Under the pieces are notes generated by a model. The model saw nothing but the letters and a program-made list of their open reading frames with translations. It searched no databases and was not told where the DNA came from. From assembly GCA_963725155.1 (NCBI GenBank), contig CAVRXU010000007.1:174588-238587 (forward strand): a DNA stretch of 64,000 nucleotides. Reading direction: 5' to 3'. Origin of the DNA: an uncultured Microthrixaceae bacterium (GTDB taxonomy: Bacteria > Actinomycetota > Acidimicrobiia > Acidimicrobiales > DATDAH01). The translations under genes and the position numbers were made by a program. This document shows, piece by piece, positions 15,306-24,354 of this stretch (position 1 is its first letter; every line of letters begins with the position of its first letter).

Positions 15306-16006
15306 CCAAGTACGAGAGCCGGTACGGCAGTGCCGATCCGACGCTGCTGTCACGATGGTTCTACCGGTTCGTCCGGAGCCTCATCTGGGCATCGGGAAAG
15401 GTCCTGTTCCGCATCGAGGTCCATGGGGGGGAGAACGTCCCCGCCACCGGCGCGTTCGTCCTCGCCCCGGGCGCCCACCGCTCGAACATCGAGACCTTCG
15501 TGGTGTCGCTGGTGACCCGCCGTCGGATGCGGTTCATGGGCAAGGACTCCCTCTGGAAGTACGCGGGCCCGGACTGGTTCTTCTCGTCGCTGGGCGGGTT
15601 CCCGATCAACCGGGACGGCGCGGACCGCGAGGCGCTCACGCAGTGCCTCGAGCTGGTCGCGGCGGGCGAGCCGGTGGTCATGTTCCCCGAGGGCACACGG
15701 CGCTCGGGGCCGACCATCGAGCCCGACCACATGCGTGACGGCGTGGCCTATGTGGCCAACCGGGCCCAGGTCCCGATCGTGCCCGTCGGCATCGGCGGCG
15801 CCGAGCGGATCATGCCGCCGAAGGCAAAGTACTTCCGGCCGTTGAAGATGGTCCTGGTCGTGGGCGAGCCGCTGGCCCCACCCCCGCTCAAGGAGAGTGG
15901 GCGGGTGTCCCGGAGCGCGGTCCGGGCGCAGACCGAGGAACTGCGCCTGCGCCTGCAGGCGTTGTTCGACGACGCCCAACGACGCGCCGGAGCAGCGACC
16001 ACCTAG
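15302..16006 (+). CDS. plsC: 1-acyl-sn-glycerol-3-phosphate acyltransferase family protein
   Basis: Acyltransferase HX4D-type block APGAHRSNIETF and the FPEGTR motif. GTGA overlap with the cmk stop. Confidence 0.85.
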   Translation: MTKYESRYGSADPTLLSRWFYRFVRSLIWASGKVLFRIEVHGGENVPATGAFVLAPGAHRSNIETFVVSLVTRRRMRFMGKDSLWKYAGPDWFFSSLGGFPINRDGADREALTQCLELVAAGEPVVMFPEGTRRSGPTIEPDHMRDGVAYVANRAQVPIVPVGIGGAERIMPPKAKYFRPLKMVLVVGEPLAPPPLKESGRVSRSAVRAQTEELRLRLQALFDDAQRRAGAATT

Positions 16007-16015
16007 CCTGCCCGG

Positions 16016-16414
16016 ATGGCGCTGGCGGGGGAGCCTGGGCACGAGCACCAGCGATGGGACCGCCTCCGCGAGGCGGCCATCGAGGCCGAGTTCGAGACCG
16101 GCCGCCGCGAGGACTCGGTCGAGGAGGCCCGGGCTGCGATCCACGTCCGCGTGGCCCGCATGACCGTCGGCTCCCTGCTGCTCTTCGCCGGGGTGTGCAT
16201 GCTCGTCCTGCCGGGACCGGGCTGGCTGGCCATCGCCGGGGGCCTCGCCGTCCTGTCCAAGGACGTGGCCTGGGCCGATCGGGCGTTGGAACGGGTTCGG
16301 CACCGCCTCCCCGCCGACGAGGACGGAAGCGTCTCCACGCCCGTCATCGTCTTGTCCGTCCTGGTCGCGCTCGGCGCCGTGAGCCTGTCCACCTGGTGGT
16401 ACTTCCTCCGGTGA
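16016..16414 (+). CDS. PGPGW-domain small membrane protein
   Basis: LLLFAGVCMLVLPGPGWLAIAGGLAVL is the PGPGW motif. Two predicted TM segments. Confidence 0.65.
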   Translation: MALAGEPGHEHQRWDRLREAAIEAEFETGRREDSVEEARAAIHVRVARMTVGSLLLFAGVCMLVLPGPGWLAIAGGLAVLSKDVAWADRALERVRHRLPADEDGSVSTPVIVLSVLVALGAVSLSTWWYFLR

Positions 16415-17529
16415 GCGACCCCGAGGCGGCAATCCGGCTGGAGGGTGTCTCCAAGACCTTCCCGGGCTCGTCCCGACCGGCGGTGGGTTCGCTCGACCTC
16501 ACCATCCCCGCCGGCCGGATCACCGTGCTGGTCGGGCCGTCGGGCTGCGGCAAGACGACCACCCTCAAGATGATCAACCGGCTGATCGAGCCGACGGGGG
16601 GGCGCCTCGAGGTCCTCGGCGCCGAGATCCGGGAGGTCCCGGTCCACGAGCTGCGCCGCCAGATCGGCTACGTCATCCAGCAGATCGGCCTCTTCCCGCA
16701 CAAGACCATCGCCGAGAACATCGCCACCGTGCCCAAGCTCCTGGGCTGGGACAAGGCTCGGACCCGTCAGCGGGTGGACGAGCTGACCGAACTGGTCGGC
16801 CTCGACCCCGAGCACCTGAAGCGCTACCCCGCGGCCCTGTCCGGCGGTCAGCAGCAACGGGTGGGGGTGGCCCGGGCCCTGGCCGCGGACCCGCCCATCC
16901 TGCTGATGGACGAGCCCTACTCGGCGGTCGACCCCATCGTGCGGGCCCGGCTCCAGGACGAGCTCCTGGCCCTGCAGTCCGAGGTCCAGAAGACGATCGT
17001 GCTCGTCACCCACGACATCGACGAGGCCATCAAGCTGGGCGACCAGATCGCCATCCTGAACGTGGGTGGTGTGCTGGAGCAGGTCGGCCCGCCCGAGGAG
17101 CTGCTCCGGGCCCCGGCCAACGCCTTCGTCGCCGGTTTCCTCGGCCAGGAGCGGGGGTTGAAGCGCCTCGGCCTGCTGATGGTCGGCGACGCCGAGCTGG
17201 TGCCCGGCCCGGTCGTGCCCCCCGAGGCGATGGCCGAGGACGCCCGCCGGGTCATGGCCGAGAACGGCGTCGACTGGGTGGGGGTCGTGGACCATGATCG
17301 GCTACTGGGTTGGGTGTCGGCCGAGAACCTCAACGGCACGAACGTGGGTGAGGCCGACCTCCGCCCGTTTGCCGCCTCCGTGACCCCGGACGCGGCCCTG
17401 CGGGAGGCTTTGGACGTCATCGTCGGGGCCCAGACCCGGGTGGCGGTGGTCCAGGACGACGACGAGCGGTACCTCGGCATGCTCACGATCGACCAGATCG
17501 CGGGCGGCCTGGAGGGCGGGAGCGGGTGA
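16411..17529 (+). CDS. osmoprotectant (glycine betaine/choline-type) ABC transporter ATP-binding protein with CBS domains
   Basis: Walker A GPSGCGKTT, signature LSGGQQQRVGVARAL, Walker B ILLMDEP. The C-terminal tandem CBS-like region is typical of OpuCA/ProV. GTGA overlap with the upstream gene. Confidence 0.9.
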   Translation: MSDPEAAIRLEGVSKTFPGSSRPAVGSLDLTIPAGRITVLVGPSGCGKTTTLKMINRLIEPTGGRLEVLGAEIREVPVHELRRQIGYVIQQIGLFPHKTIAENIATVPKLLGWDKARTRQRVDELTELVGLDPEHLKRYPAALSGGQQQRVGVARALAADPPILLMDEPYSAVDPIVRARLQDELLALQSEVQKTIVLVTHDIDEAIKLGDQIAILNVGGVLEQVGPPEELLRAPANAFVAGFLGQERGLKRLGLLMVGDAELVPGPVVPPEAMAEDARRVMAENGVDWVGVVDHDRLLGWVSAENLNGTNVGEADLRPFAASVTPDAALREALDVIVGAQTRVAVVQDDDERYLGMLTIDQIAGGLEGGSG

Positions 17530-18194
17530 TCCTCGCCGCGGACAAGGACTCCTTCATCTGGTGGGACTGGGTGTGGGACCACACCGACGAGATCAAGGCC
17601 GCCACCATCGAGCACCTCCAGCTCACCGCCATCGCCCTCGGGGTCGGGCTGGTCCTCTCGATCGCCCTGGCCACGATCGCCATCCGCTGGCAGAAGGCCT
17701 ACGCCCCGATCGCCGGGTTCGCCGGGGTCCTCTACGCCATCCCCAGCCTGGCCCTGTTCGCGATCCTGTTCCCGATCACGGGCCTGACCGTGCTGACGGC
17801 CGAGATCGCCCTCGTCGGCTACACGCTGCTGATCCTCATCCGCAACATCGTGGCGGGCGTGCAGGGCGTGCCCGACGCGGTCAAGGAGGCGGCCGACGGC
17901 ATGGGCTACCGGCCGCTGCACCGGTTCTTCGCCGTCGACCTCCGGCTGGCCACCCCTGCCATCGTGGCCGGCATCCGCATCGCGGCGGTGACCATCATCG
18001 GGCTGGTGACGGTGACCTTCGTCATCGGCTTCGGGGGCTACGGCTCGCTCATCAACGACGGGCTGTCCCGGGACTTCAACACCCCGGTGGTCGTGGGGGC
18101 GATCCTCTCCATCGCCCTGGCCCTGGCCATAGACATCATCCTCCTGCTCGTCGAGCGCCTGCTGACGCCGTGGAACCGGGCGGCGCGGCGATGA
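17526..18194 (+). CDS. ABC transporter permease (OpuCB/OpuCD type)
   Basis: 222 aa, multi-TM BPD-transporter-like sequence. Start overlaps the ATPase stop. Confidence 0.85.
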   Translation: MILAADKDSFIWWDWVWDHTDEIKAATIEHLQLTAIALGVGLVLSIALATIAIRWQKAYAPIAGFAGVLYAIPSLALFAILFPITGLTVLTAEIALVGYTLLILIRNIVAGVQGVPDAVKEAADGMGYRPLHRFFAVDLRLATPAIVAGIRIAAVTIIGLVTVTFVIGFGGYGSLINDGLSRDFNTPVVVGAILSIALALAIDIILLLVERLLTPWNRAARR

Positions 18195-18940
18195 GCGCGC
18201 TGAACGAGTTCACGACCTTCGTGACCACCTCGGAGAACTACTGGGGCGAGCGGGGGATACTCATCCGCACCTGGGACCACCTCCGGCTGTCCGGCTTCGC
18301 CCTCGTGGTCGCGTCGGCCTTGTCTCTGCCCCCGGCCGTCTACCTCGGCCACATCAAGCGGGGTGGGGTGAGTGCGGTCTGGATCGTCAACATGGGACGG
18401 GCCATCCCCTCCTTCGCCCTGATCGTGCTCATCTTCCCGATCTCGTTGCGCTACGGGTTCGGCCTGGGCTTCTGGCCGACGGCCTTCGCCCTGGTGCTGC
18501 TGGGGATACCCCCGATCTTCACCAACGCCTTCACCGGCGTCCGCGACGTCGACGCCGGAACCGTCGAGGCTGCCCGGGGGATGGGCATGCAGGGCCGTGA
18601 GGTGCTCTGGGGCGTCGAGATCCCCGCCGCGTTGCCCCTGATCATCACCGGACTCCGGGTGTCGGCGGTGCAGGTCGTGGCCACGGCCACCCTCGGCGCC
18701 TACGTCGGCTTCGGAGGGCTCGGCGCCTTCATCGTCGAGGGCTTTGCCATACAGGACGACGGCAAGCTCCTCACCGGCGCCATCCTCGTGGCGCTCGTGG
18801 TCTTCGTGGTAGAACTGGTGTTCGGCTGGCTCCAGCGCCGTCTGACCCCCTGGGTCCGAGCCGACCTGCTATCCAAGCGGGACCCGAGATCCTTCGACAT
18901 CGTCGACGCCGACCAACCGACGGCCTCGGTACCGCTGTGA
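18191..18940 (+). CDS. ABC transporter permease (second subunit)
   Basis: MSALNEFTTF... starts at the ATGA overlap with the previous permease. Multi-TM with a conserved EAARGMG loop. Confidence 0.85.
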   Translation: MSALNEFTTFVTTSENYWGERGILIRTWDHLRLSGFALVVASALSLPPAVYLGHIKRGGVSAVWIVNMGRAIPSFALIVLIFPISLRYGFGLGFWPTAFALVLLGIPPIFTNAFTGVRDVDAGTVEAARGMGMQGREVLWGVEIPAALPLIITGLRVSAVQVVATATLGAYVGFGGLGAFIVEGFAIQDDGKLLTGAILVALVVFVVELVFGWLQRRLTPWVRADLLSKRDPRSFDIVDADQPTASVPL

Positions 18941-18974
18941 CAGATCGCAGATTGCGAACCAAAGGGAGAAGTCA

Positions 18975-19922
18975 ATGACCAGGAAGATCAGAGGGTTGTG
19001 GGCGGTGCTGGCCGTCTTGGCGTTGCTCGCCGGTGCGTGTGGCGATGACAGCGGCGACGACAGCGCGTCCGACACGACGGCGACCGGCGACACCGCCGGC
19101 GCACCGCCGGACGGCCCGACCATCACCATCGGGACCCAGGACTTCGGCGAGAGCGCCATCCTGTCCCAGATCTACGGCCAGGCGCTCATCAACGCCGGCT
19201 ACTCCGTGGAGTACCAGGAGCTGGGTGGCTTCCGTGACCTGGAGGTCCCGGCCTTCGCGTCCGGCGACATCAACTTCGCCCCGGAGTATGTGGCCTCGAT
19301 GCTCGAGTTCCTGAACGAGTTCGCCGGAGAGGCGACCTCCGACGTGGACGAGACGCTCGGTCTGCTCCAGGATCAGCTCAGCGAGATCGGTCTGCAGGCC
19401 CTCGAGCCGGCGCCCGCCATCGACACCAACACCTTCGTGGTGACGCCGGAGAAGGCCGACGAGCTCGGCCTGTCCGGCATCGGCGACCTGACCGACGACC
19501 TCACCCTCGGGGCGCCGCAGGACTGCGAGGCCAACGCCTTCTGCCTGCCGGGCCTGGAGACCGTGTACGGCGTCGACCTGAGCAGCGGCTTCACCCCGCT
19601 GGACCCGGGTGTCATCCCCGACGCCCTGGAGAACGATGAGGTCGACGTGGCCGTCCTCTTCTCGACCAGCGGCATCATCGCCGACAAGGGCTGGGTGGTG
19701 CTCGAGGACACCGACGGCCTCCTGGCCGCCGACAACATCGTCCCCGTGGTCACCGACGAGCTGGTCGACACCTACGGTGCCGACTTCGAGACGGTGGTCA
19801 ACGACGTCAGTGCGGCCATCACGACGGAGCTGTTGACCGCGGCCAACGCCCGCTTCGACATCGACGCCGAGGACGCCGACGTCATCGCCGCCGACTTCCT
19901 CGCCGACAACGGCCTGGGCTAG
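18975..19922 (+). CDS. glycine betaine/choline-type ABC substrate-binding lipoprotein
   Basis: Lipobox LLAGACGDD. OpuCC/OsmF-like body (GTQDFGESAILSQIYGQAL...). RBS AAGGGAGAAG lies upstream. Confidence 0.85.
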   Translation: MTRKIRGLWAVLAVLALLAGACGDDSGDDSASDTTATGDTAGAPPDGPTITIGTQDFGESAILSQIYGQALINAGYSVEYQELGGFRDLEVPAFASGDINFAPEYVASMLEFLNEFAGEATSDVDETLGLLQDQLSEIGLQALEPAPAIDTNTFVVTPEKADELGLSGIGDLTDDLTLGAPQDCEANAFCLPGLETVYGVDLSSGFTPLDPGVIPDALENDEVDVAVLFSTSGIIADKGWVVLEDTDGLLAADNIVPVVTDELVDTYGADFETVVNDVSAAITTELLTAANARFDIDAEDADVIAADFLADNGLG

Positions 19923-19937
19923 TCACCGGTAGCGCTT

Positions 19938-19981
19938 CTGGCGCCTGATTTCGGGCCTCTGGCACCGAAATCAGGCGCCAG
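19938..19981. terminator. perfect 17-bp inverted repeat (10-nt loop) between convergent genes; probable bidirectional terminator
   Basis: CTGGCGCCTGATTTCGG (19938-19954), 10-nt loop, CCGAAATCAGGCGCCAG (19965-19981). Starts 16 nt after the SBP stop and ends 9 nt before the stop of the HD gene. No U-tract. Confidence 0.5.
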
Positions 19982-19989
19982 TTCGCGTC

Positions 19990-20553
19990 CTAGAGCATCT
20001 TGGCGGTGGCGAAGACCTCGCGGACCAGCGGCTCGAAGTGCTCGAGGGGCTCGCTGTCGTAGTCCGGGTCGAAGGCAACCTGGTCCCACTCGTCGGCGAA
20101 GCGCTCGGCCAGGGCGAAGACCTCGGGGTCCAGCGCCGCCCGGTGCTGCTCCCGGGCCTCGGGGTCCCCGCCGAAGTGGGCGTAGTAGTGCCGGCCCTGG
20201 AAGTCCTGGTGGACCCGGATCATGTCGTGGACCTCGGGGCGCACGTAGGGCTTGAGGATGGCGGCGGCGATCTCGGGGTGGTTGGGCACGCTGACCGCCT
20301 TGCCGATGTCGTGGCACAGGGCCGCCACGACCACCTCGGCATCGGCCCCGGCCCGCTCGGCCCGGGTGGCGGTCTGGACCGAGTGCTCGAGCTGGTCGAC
20401 GGCGAAGCCGTCGGTGATGTCCTCCAGCGAGCGGAGCATGTCCAGCACCCGGTCGGCGACCCGATCGCGGTGCTCGAAGGTCTGCTTGCCGATCTCGGCC
20501 CACTGCTCGGCCGTCGACTCGTCCATGCGGGTGAAGGTGTCGGTCGTCGCCAT
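19990..20553 (-). CDS. small HD-domain protein (PhnZ/TmpB-like HD architecture)
   Basis: 187 aa. DQLEHSVQTATRAERAGADAEVVVAALCHDIGK, then further conserved His/Asp (NHPE, VHDMIRVH, EWDQ). Confidence 0.7.
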   Translation of the reverse strand: MATTDTFTRMDESTAEQWAEIGKQTFEHRDRVADRVLDMLRSLEDITDGFAVDQLEHSVQTATRAERAGADAEVVVAALCHDIGKAVSVPNHPEIAAAILKPYVRPEVHDMIRVHQDFQGRHYYAHFGGDPEAREQHRAALDPEVFALAERFADEWDQVAFDPDYDSEPLEHFEPLVREVFATAKML

Positions 20554-20577
20554 GACGAACAGTCTGCCAGCCCTGGC

Positions 20578-21610
20578 TCAGCCCAGGGCGGCCAGCACGT
20601 CGGCGGCGTCGATGCTGCGGTCGTTGGTGGCGGGGCGGGCGGAGAGGGAGCCGCCGAGGGTGACCGTGGCCGCCTCGTCGACGGCGGCGAGCAGGTCCCG
20701 CAGGTTGCGGGGCGGGGGGAAGTACTCGTCTTCGTCGGTGAACCAGACCTCCTCGGTGCCCTCGGTCGGAGCGAGGCGGGCGATGACGGCTTCGACCAGG
20801 TCCTCGGGGGCCGAGGCGCCGGCGGTGACGCCGACCGTGCCCGTGATGTCGACCGGCAGCTCGTCGGGGTCGTTGACCCGGAAGACCCGGGGGCAGCCGG
20901 CGTCGCGGGCCAGTTGCTCCAGGGCCCGGGTGTTGGACGAGTTGGCGGAGCCGATGACCACGATGGCATCGCAGCGGTCGGCGATCTGGAGCAGGCCCGA
21001 TTGGCGATTGGTGGTGGCGAAGCAGAGGTCGCTGCGGCCCGGCTGCCACAGGTCGGGCCAGCGCTCGTTGGCGGCGTCGAGGACGCCGGCCCAGTCCCGG
21101 TGCGAGAGCGTGGTCTGGGCCAGGAGGGCGACGGGCTGACCGCGATCGGGCAGGGCGGCGACGTCTTCCGGGCGCTCGACCCGGTCGATGGCGTCGGGGG
21201 CCACGGCCATGGTGCCCACCGCCTCCTCGTGGCCCTCGTGGCCGACGTAGACGATGCGGTAGCCCTTGCCCGCCCGGACCCGGACCTCGTGGTGGACCTT
21301 GGTCACCAGCGGGCAGACGGCATCGACCACATAGCCACCCTGGCGCCGGGCGATCTCGACGACCTCGGGGGCGGAGCCATGGGCCGACAGCATGATCGGC
21401 GAGCCCTGGGGCACCTCGGCCAGGTCGTCGACGAAGACCACGCCGAGGTCCCGGAAGCGATCCACCACCCGCTGGTTGTGGACGATCTCGTGGTAGCAGT
21501 AGACCGGCGGCTCGAACGTCCGGACCATCCAGGCCAGGGCCTTGATGGCCATCTCCACGCCCGCGCAGAACCCCCGTGGCGCGGCACAGCAGGACGCGGT
21601 CGACGGCCAT
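20578..21610 (-). pseudogene. ispH: 4-hydroxy-3-methylbut-2-enyl diphosphate reductase IspH, frame broken at codon 9
   Basis: ORF 20578..21558 encodes IspH from (V)EMAIKALAWMVRTFEPPVYCYHEIVHN onward. The expected N-terminus MAVDRVLL starts at ATG 21610 in another frame. AAPRGFCAGV, which contains the first Fe-S cysteine, is in frame with the body but has no start codon. One extra nt near 21586 separates the two frames. Confidence 0.85.
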
Positions 21611-21652
21611 GGGGCCGAGGGTACCCACCACCCCCCTCCCTATCCTTGACGG

Positions 21653-23005
21653 GTGTCTGCTCCTCTCGTCACCGCGGTCGCGCCCGGGTCGCCGGCCGAC
21701 CGCGCCGGGCTGCGTCCCGGTGACGAGCTGCGGGCCCTCAACGGCGAAGCCCCCCGGGACATCATCCGCTACCAGATCCTGGTCGACGACCCGGATCTGG
21801 AGATCGACGTCTCCCGCGGCGGCCTGGACCTGACCATCGGGGTCCAGAAGGGGGCGGGGGAGCCTCTGGGCCTCGAGGTCGAGTCGGCGGTGTTCGACGC
21901 CGTGCGCACCTGCGACAACCACTGCGAGTTCTGCTTCATCCACCAGCTCCCGCCGGGGATGCGCTCCAGCCTGTATCAGCGCGACGACGACTACCGCCTG
22001 TCCTTCCTCTACGGGAACTTCACCACCCTGACCCGTTTCACCGAGCTGGACCTGGAGCGGGTCATCACCGAGCGCCTCTCGCCCCTGTACGTCTCGATCC
22101 ACGCCGCTGACCCCGACGTGCGGGCCGACATGCTCCGCAACCGCCGCGGGGCCACCAGCCTGCGCTGGCTGCGGGCTCTGCTCGACGCCGGTGTGGCCGT
22201 CCACGGCCAGGTCGTGGTCTGCCCCGGCGTCAACGACGGCGCGGTGCTGGAGGACACGATGGTCGGGATCGCCGACCAGTACCCCGAGCTGGCCACCGTC
22301 GCCGTGGTCCCCCTCGGGATCAGCCGCCACGGTCGCGAGGGACGCCTGAGGCCCCACACCGTCGCCGAGGCCGAGGGCACCGTCGACACCGTCGAGGCCT
22401 GGCAGGGCCGCTTCCTGGAGATCGTGGGCCACCGGCTCGTCTACGCCGCGGACGAGTACTACCTGCTGGCGGGCCGGCCCTTCCCGGTCGGGGAGAGCTA
22501 CGAGGGCTTCCCCCTCCACGAGGACGGCATCGGCATGGCCCGCAGCTTCGAGCAGGAGTTCGCAGGCGAGGTCGACACCCCGATCGGCCCCCGGGCCGGC
22601 TTCTTCCAGTCCATCGACGGGGCCCCGGCGGCGGGCTACCGGGCCCCCCGGGGCCAGGTGACGCTCCGCCCCCGACGCGGTGCTCCCGTGGCCGTCCTCA
22701 CCGGGACCTACGGGGCCGAGATCCTGGCTCCCCTCCTGGCCGACCGGGACGACGTGCGGGTGCTGCCGGTCGACAACCGCTTCTTCGGCGGCAACATCGG
22801 GGTCACCGGCCTGCTGGTGGGGGAGGACCTGCGGCGGGTCCTGGCCGACCAGCCCCCGGGGCACCGGTACCTCCTTCCCGACGTCTGCTTGTCCGGCGGG
22901 CGCTTCCTCGACGGCACCACGCCCGAGGACCTGCCCCGGCCCGTCGAGGTCGTCGCCACCGACGGCCTGTCCCTGCGGGCCGCGCTCGAACCGGTCGTGG
23001 CATGA
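21653..23005 (+). CDS. PDZ-domain plus DUF512 (radical-SAM-related) protein
   Basis: N-terminal PDZ-like VAPGSPADRAGLRPGDELRALNG. CDNHCEFCFIHQLP and LYVSIHAADPDVR blocks are typical of DUF512 proteins encoded upstream of der. Confidence 0.8.
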   Translation: MSAPLVTAVAPGSPADRAGLRPGDELRALNGEAPRDIIRYQILVDDPDLEIDVSRGGLDLTIGVQKGAGEPLGLEVESAVFDAVRTCDNHCEFCFIHQLPPGMRSSLYQRDDDYRLSFLYGNFTTLTRFTELDLERVITERLSPLYVSIHAADPDVRADMLRNRRGATSLRWLRALLDAGVAVHGQVVVCPGVNDGAVLEDTMVGIADQYPELATVAVVPLGISRHGREGRLRPHTVAEAEGTVDTVEAWQGRFLEIVGHRLVYAADEYYLLAGRPFPVGESYEGFPLHEDGIGMARSFEQEFAGEVDTPIGPRAGFFQSIDGAPAAGYRAPRGQVTLRPRRGAPVAVLTGTYGAEILAPLLADRDDVRVLPVDNRFFGGNIGVTGLLVGEDLRRVLADQPPGHRYLLPDVCLSGGRFLDGTTPEDLPRPVEVVATDGLSLRAALEPVVA

Positions 23006-24309
23006 GCGCGCCTGTGGTGGCCGTGGTGGGTCGACCGAACGTGGGCAAGTCGACCCTGCTGAACCGCATCGTGGGCCGCCGCGAAGCCATCGTCGAGGAG
23101 CGGCCGGGCGTCACCCGGGACCGCAAGGCAGTCGATGCCGAGTGGCGGGGGCGACCGTTCGTCGTCATGGACACCGGTGGCTTCATCGCCACCGAGGAGG
23201 GCCTCGACGCGAAGGTCAGCCGCCAGAGCGTGCGGGCCATCGAGGACGCCGACGCCGTGGTCCTGGTCGTCGACGTCACCGTCGGGGTGACCAACGAGGA
23301 CGAGGCCGTGGCCGCCCTCTTGCGGGGCCGCGAGATCCCGGTCTTCGTGGTGGCCAACAAGGTCGACGACACCAATCGCGAAAATGACGCCTGGGCGTTC
23401 CTCTCCCTCGGCCTCGGCGACCCGCATCCGATCAGTGCCCTGCACGGCCGCCGCACGGGCGACTTCCTCGATGTGCTCGTCGACGCCCTGCCCCCCGAGG
23501 AGGAGGACGACGAGGGTGACGAGGGCGAGGTCCGGGAGGAGATCCTGGCCGTGGCCATCGTGGGCCGGCCCAACGTGGGCAAGTCCACGCTGTTCAACAA
23601 GCTGGACCGGGCCGAGCGCTCGGTGGTCCACGACCTGGCCGGCACCACCCGAGACACCATCGACACCGTCATCGAGACCGAGTCCGGTCCGGTACGGATC
23701 CTGGACACGGCCGGCATGCGCCGCCGGGGCAAGATCGACGTGTCGACGGAGTACTACTCCGTGGTCCGGGCCCTGCGGGCGATCGACACCGCCGACGTGG
23801 TCCTGCTCGTCATCGACGCGCTGATCGGCGTCACCCACCAGGACCAGCGCTTGGCCGAGCGGGCGTCCATCTCGGGGTCCCCGGTGGTCGTGCTCCTCAA
23901 CAAGTGGGAGGTGGCTGACGTCGACCAGCGGGAGCTGGTGTCCGAGCAGGTCGACGACCGCCTGAAGTTCCTGCCCAACGCCAAGGTCCTCAAGATCAGC
24001 GCCCTCACGGGCAAGGGCACCCACAAGATCATCGACGCCCTGCTGGACACCGCCGACACCTATCACCGGCGCATCCCGACGGCGAAGGTCAACGAGGTCC
24101 TCCGTCAGGCCCAGGCCCACCAGCCGGCCCCCGGCGGCACGCGGGTCCTGTACGCGACACAGGGGGCGACCGACCCGCCGACCTTCACCCTGTTCGCCAA
24201 CCGGCGGCTGCCCCCCACCTACCTGCGCTACCTGGAACGCAAGCTCCGGGAGGCCTTCGCCATGGGCGACACGCCGCTCAAGCTGCGGGTCCGGGCCCGA
24301 CGTGACTGA
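23002..24309 (+). CDS. der: ribosome-associated GTPase Der (EngA)
   Basis: Two GTPase domains (GRPNVGKSTLLN, DTGG; GRPNVGKSTLFN, DTAG, NKWE) plus a KH-like C-terminus. ATGA overlap with the upstream gene. Confidence 0.95.
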   Translation: MSAPVVAVVGRPNVGKSTLLNRIVGRREAIVEERPGVTRDRKAVDAEWRGRPFVVMDTGGFIATEEGLDAKVSRQSVRAIEDADAVVLVVDVTVGVTNEDEAVAALLRGREIPVFVVANKVDDTNRENDAWAFLSLGLGDPHPISALHGRRTGDFLDVLVDALPPEEEDDEGDEGEVREEILAVAIVGRPNVGKSTLFNKLDRAERSVVHDLAGTTRDTIDTVIETESGPVRILDTAGMRRRGKIDVSTEYYSVVRALRAIDTADVVLLVIDALIGVTHQDQRLAERASISGSPVVVLLNKWEVADVDQRELVSEQVDDRLKFLPNAKVLKISALTGKGTHKIIDALLDTADTYHRRIPTAKVNEVLRQAQAHQPAPGGTRVLYATQGATDPPTFTLFANRRLPPTYLRYLERKLREAFAMGDTPLKLRVRARRD

Positions 24310-24354
24310 CCGGACCATGAGGCGGTCAGGGGCCAGGAGTACGATCATGTCGTC

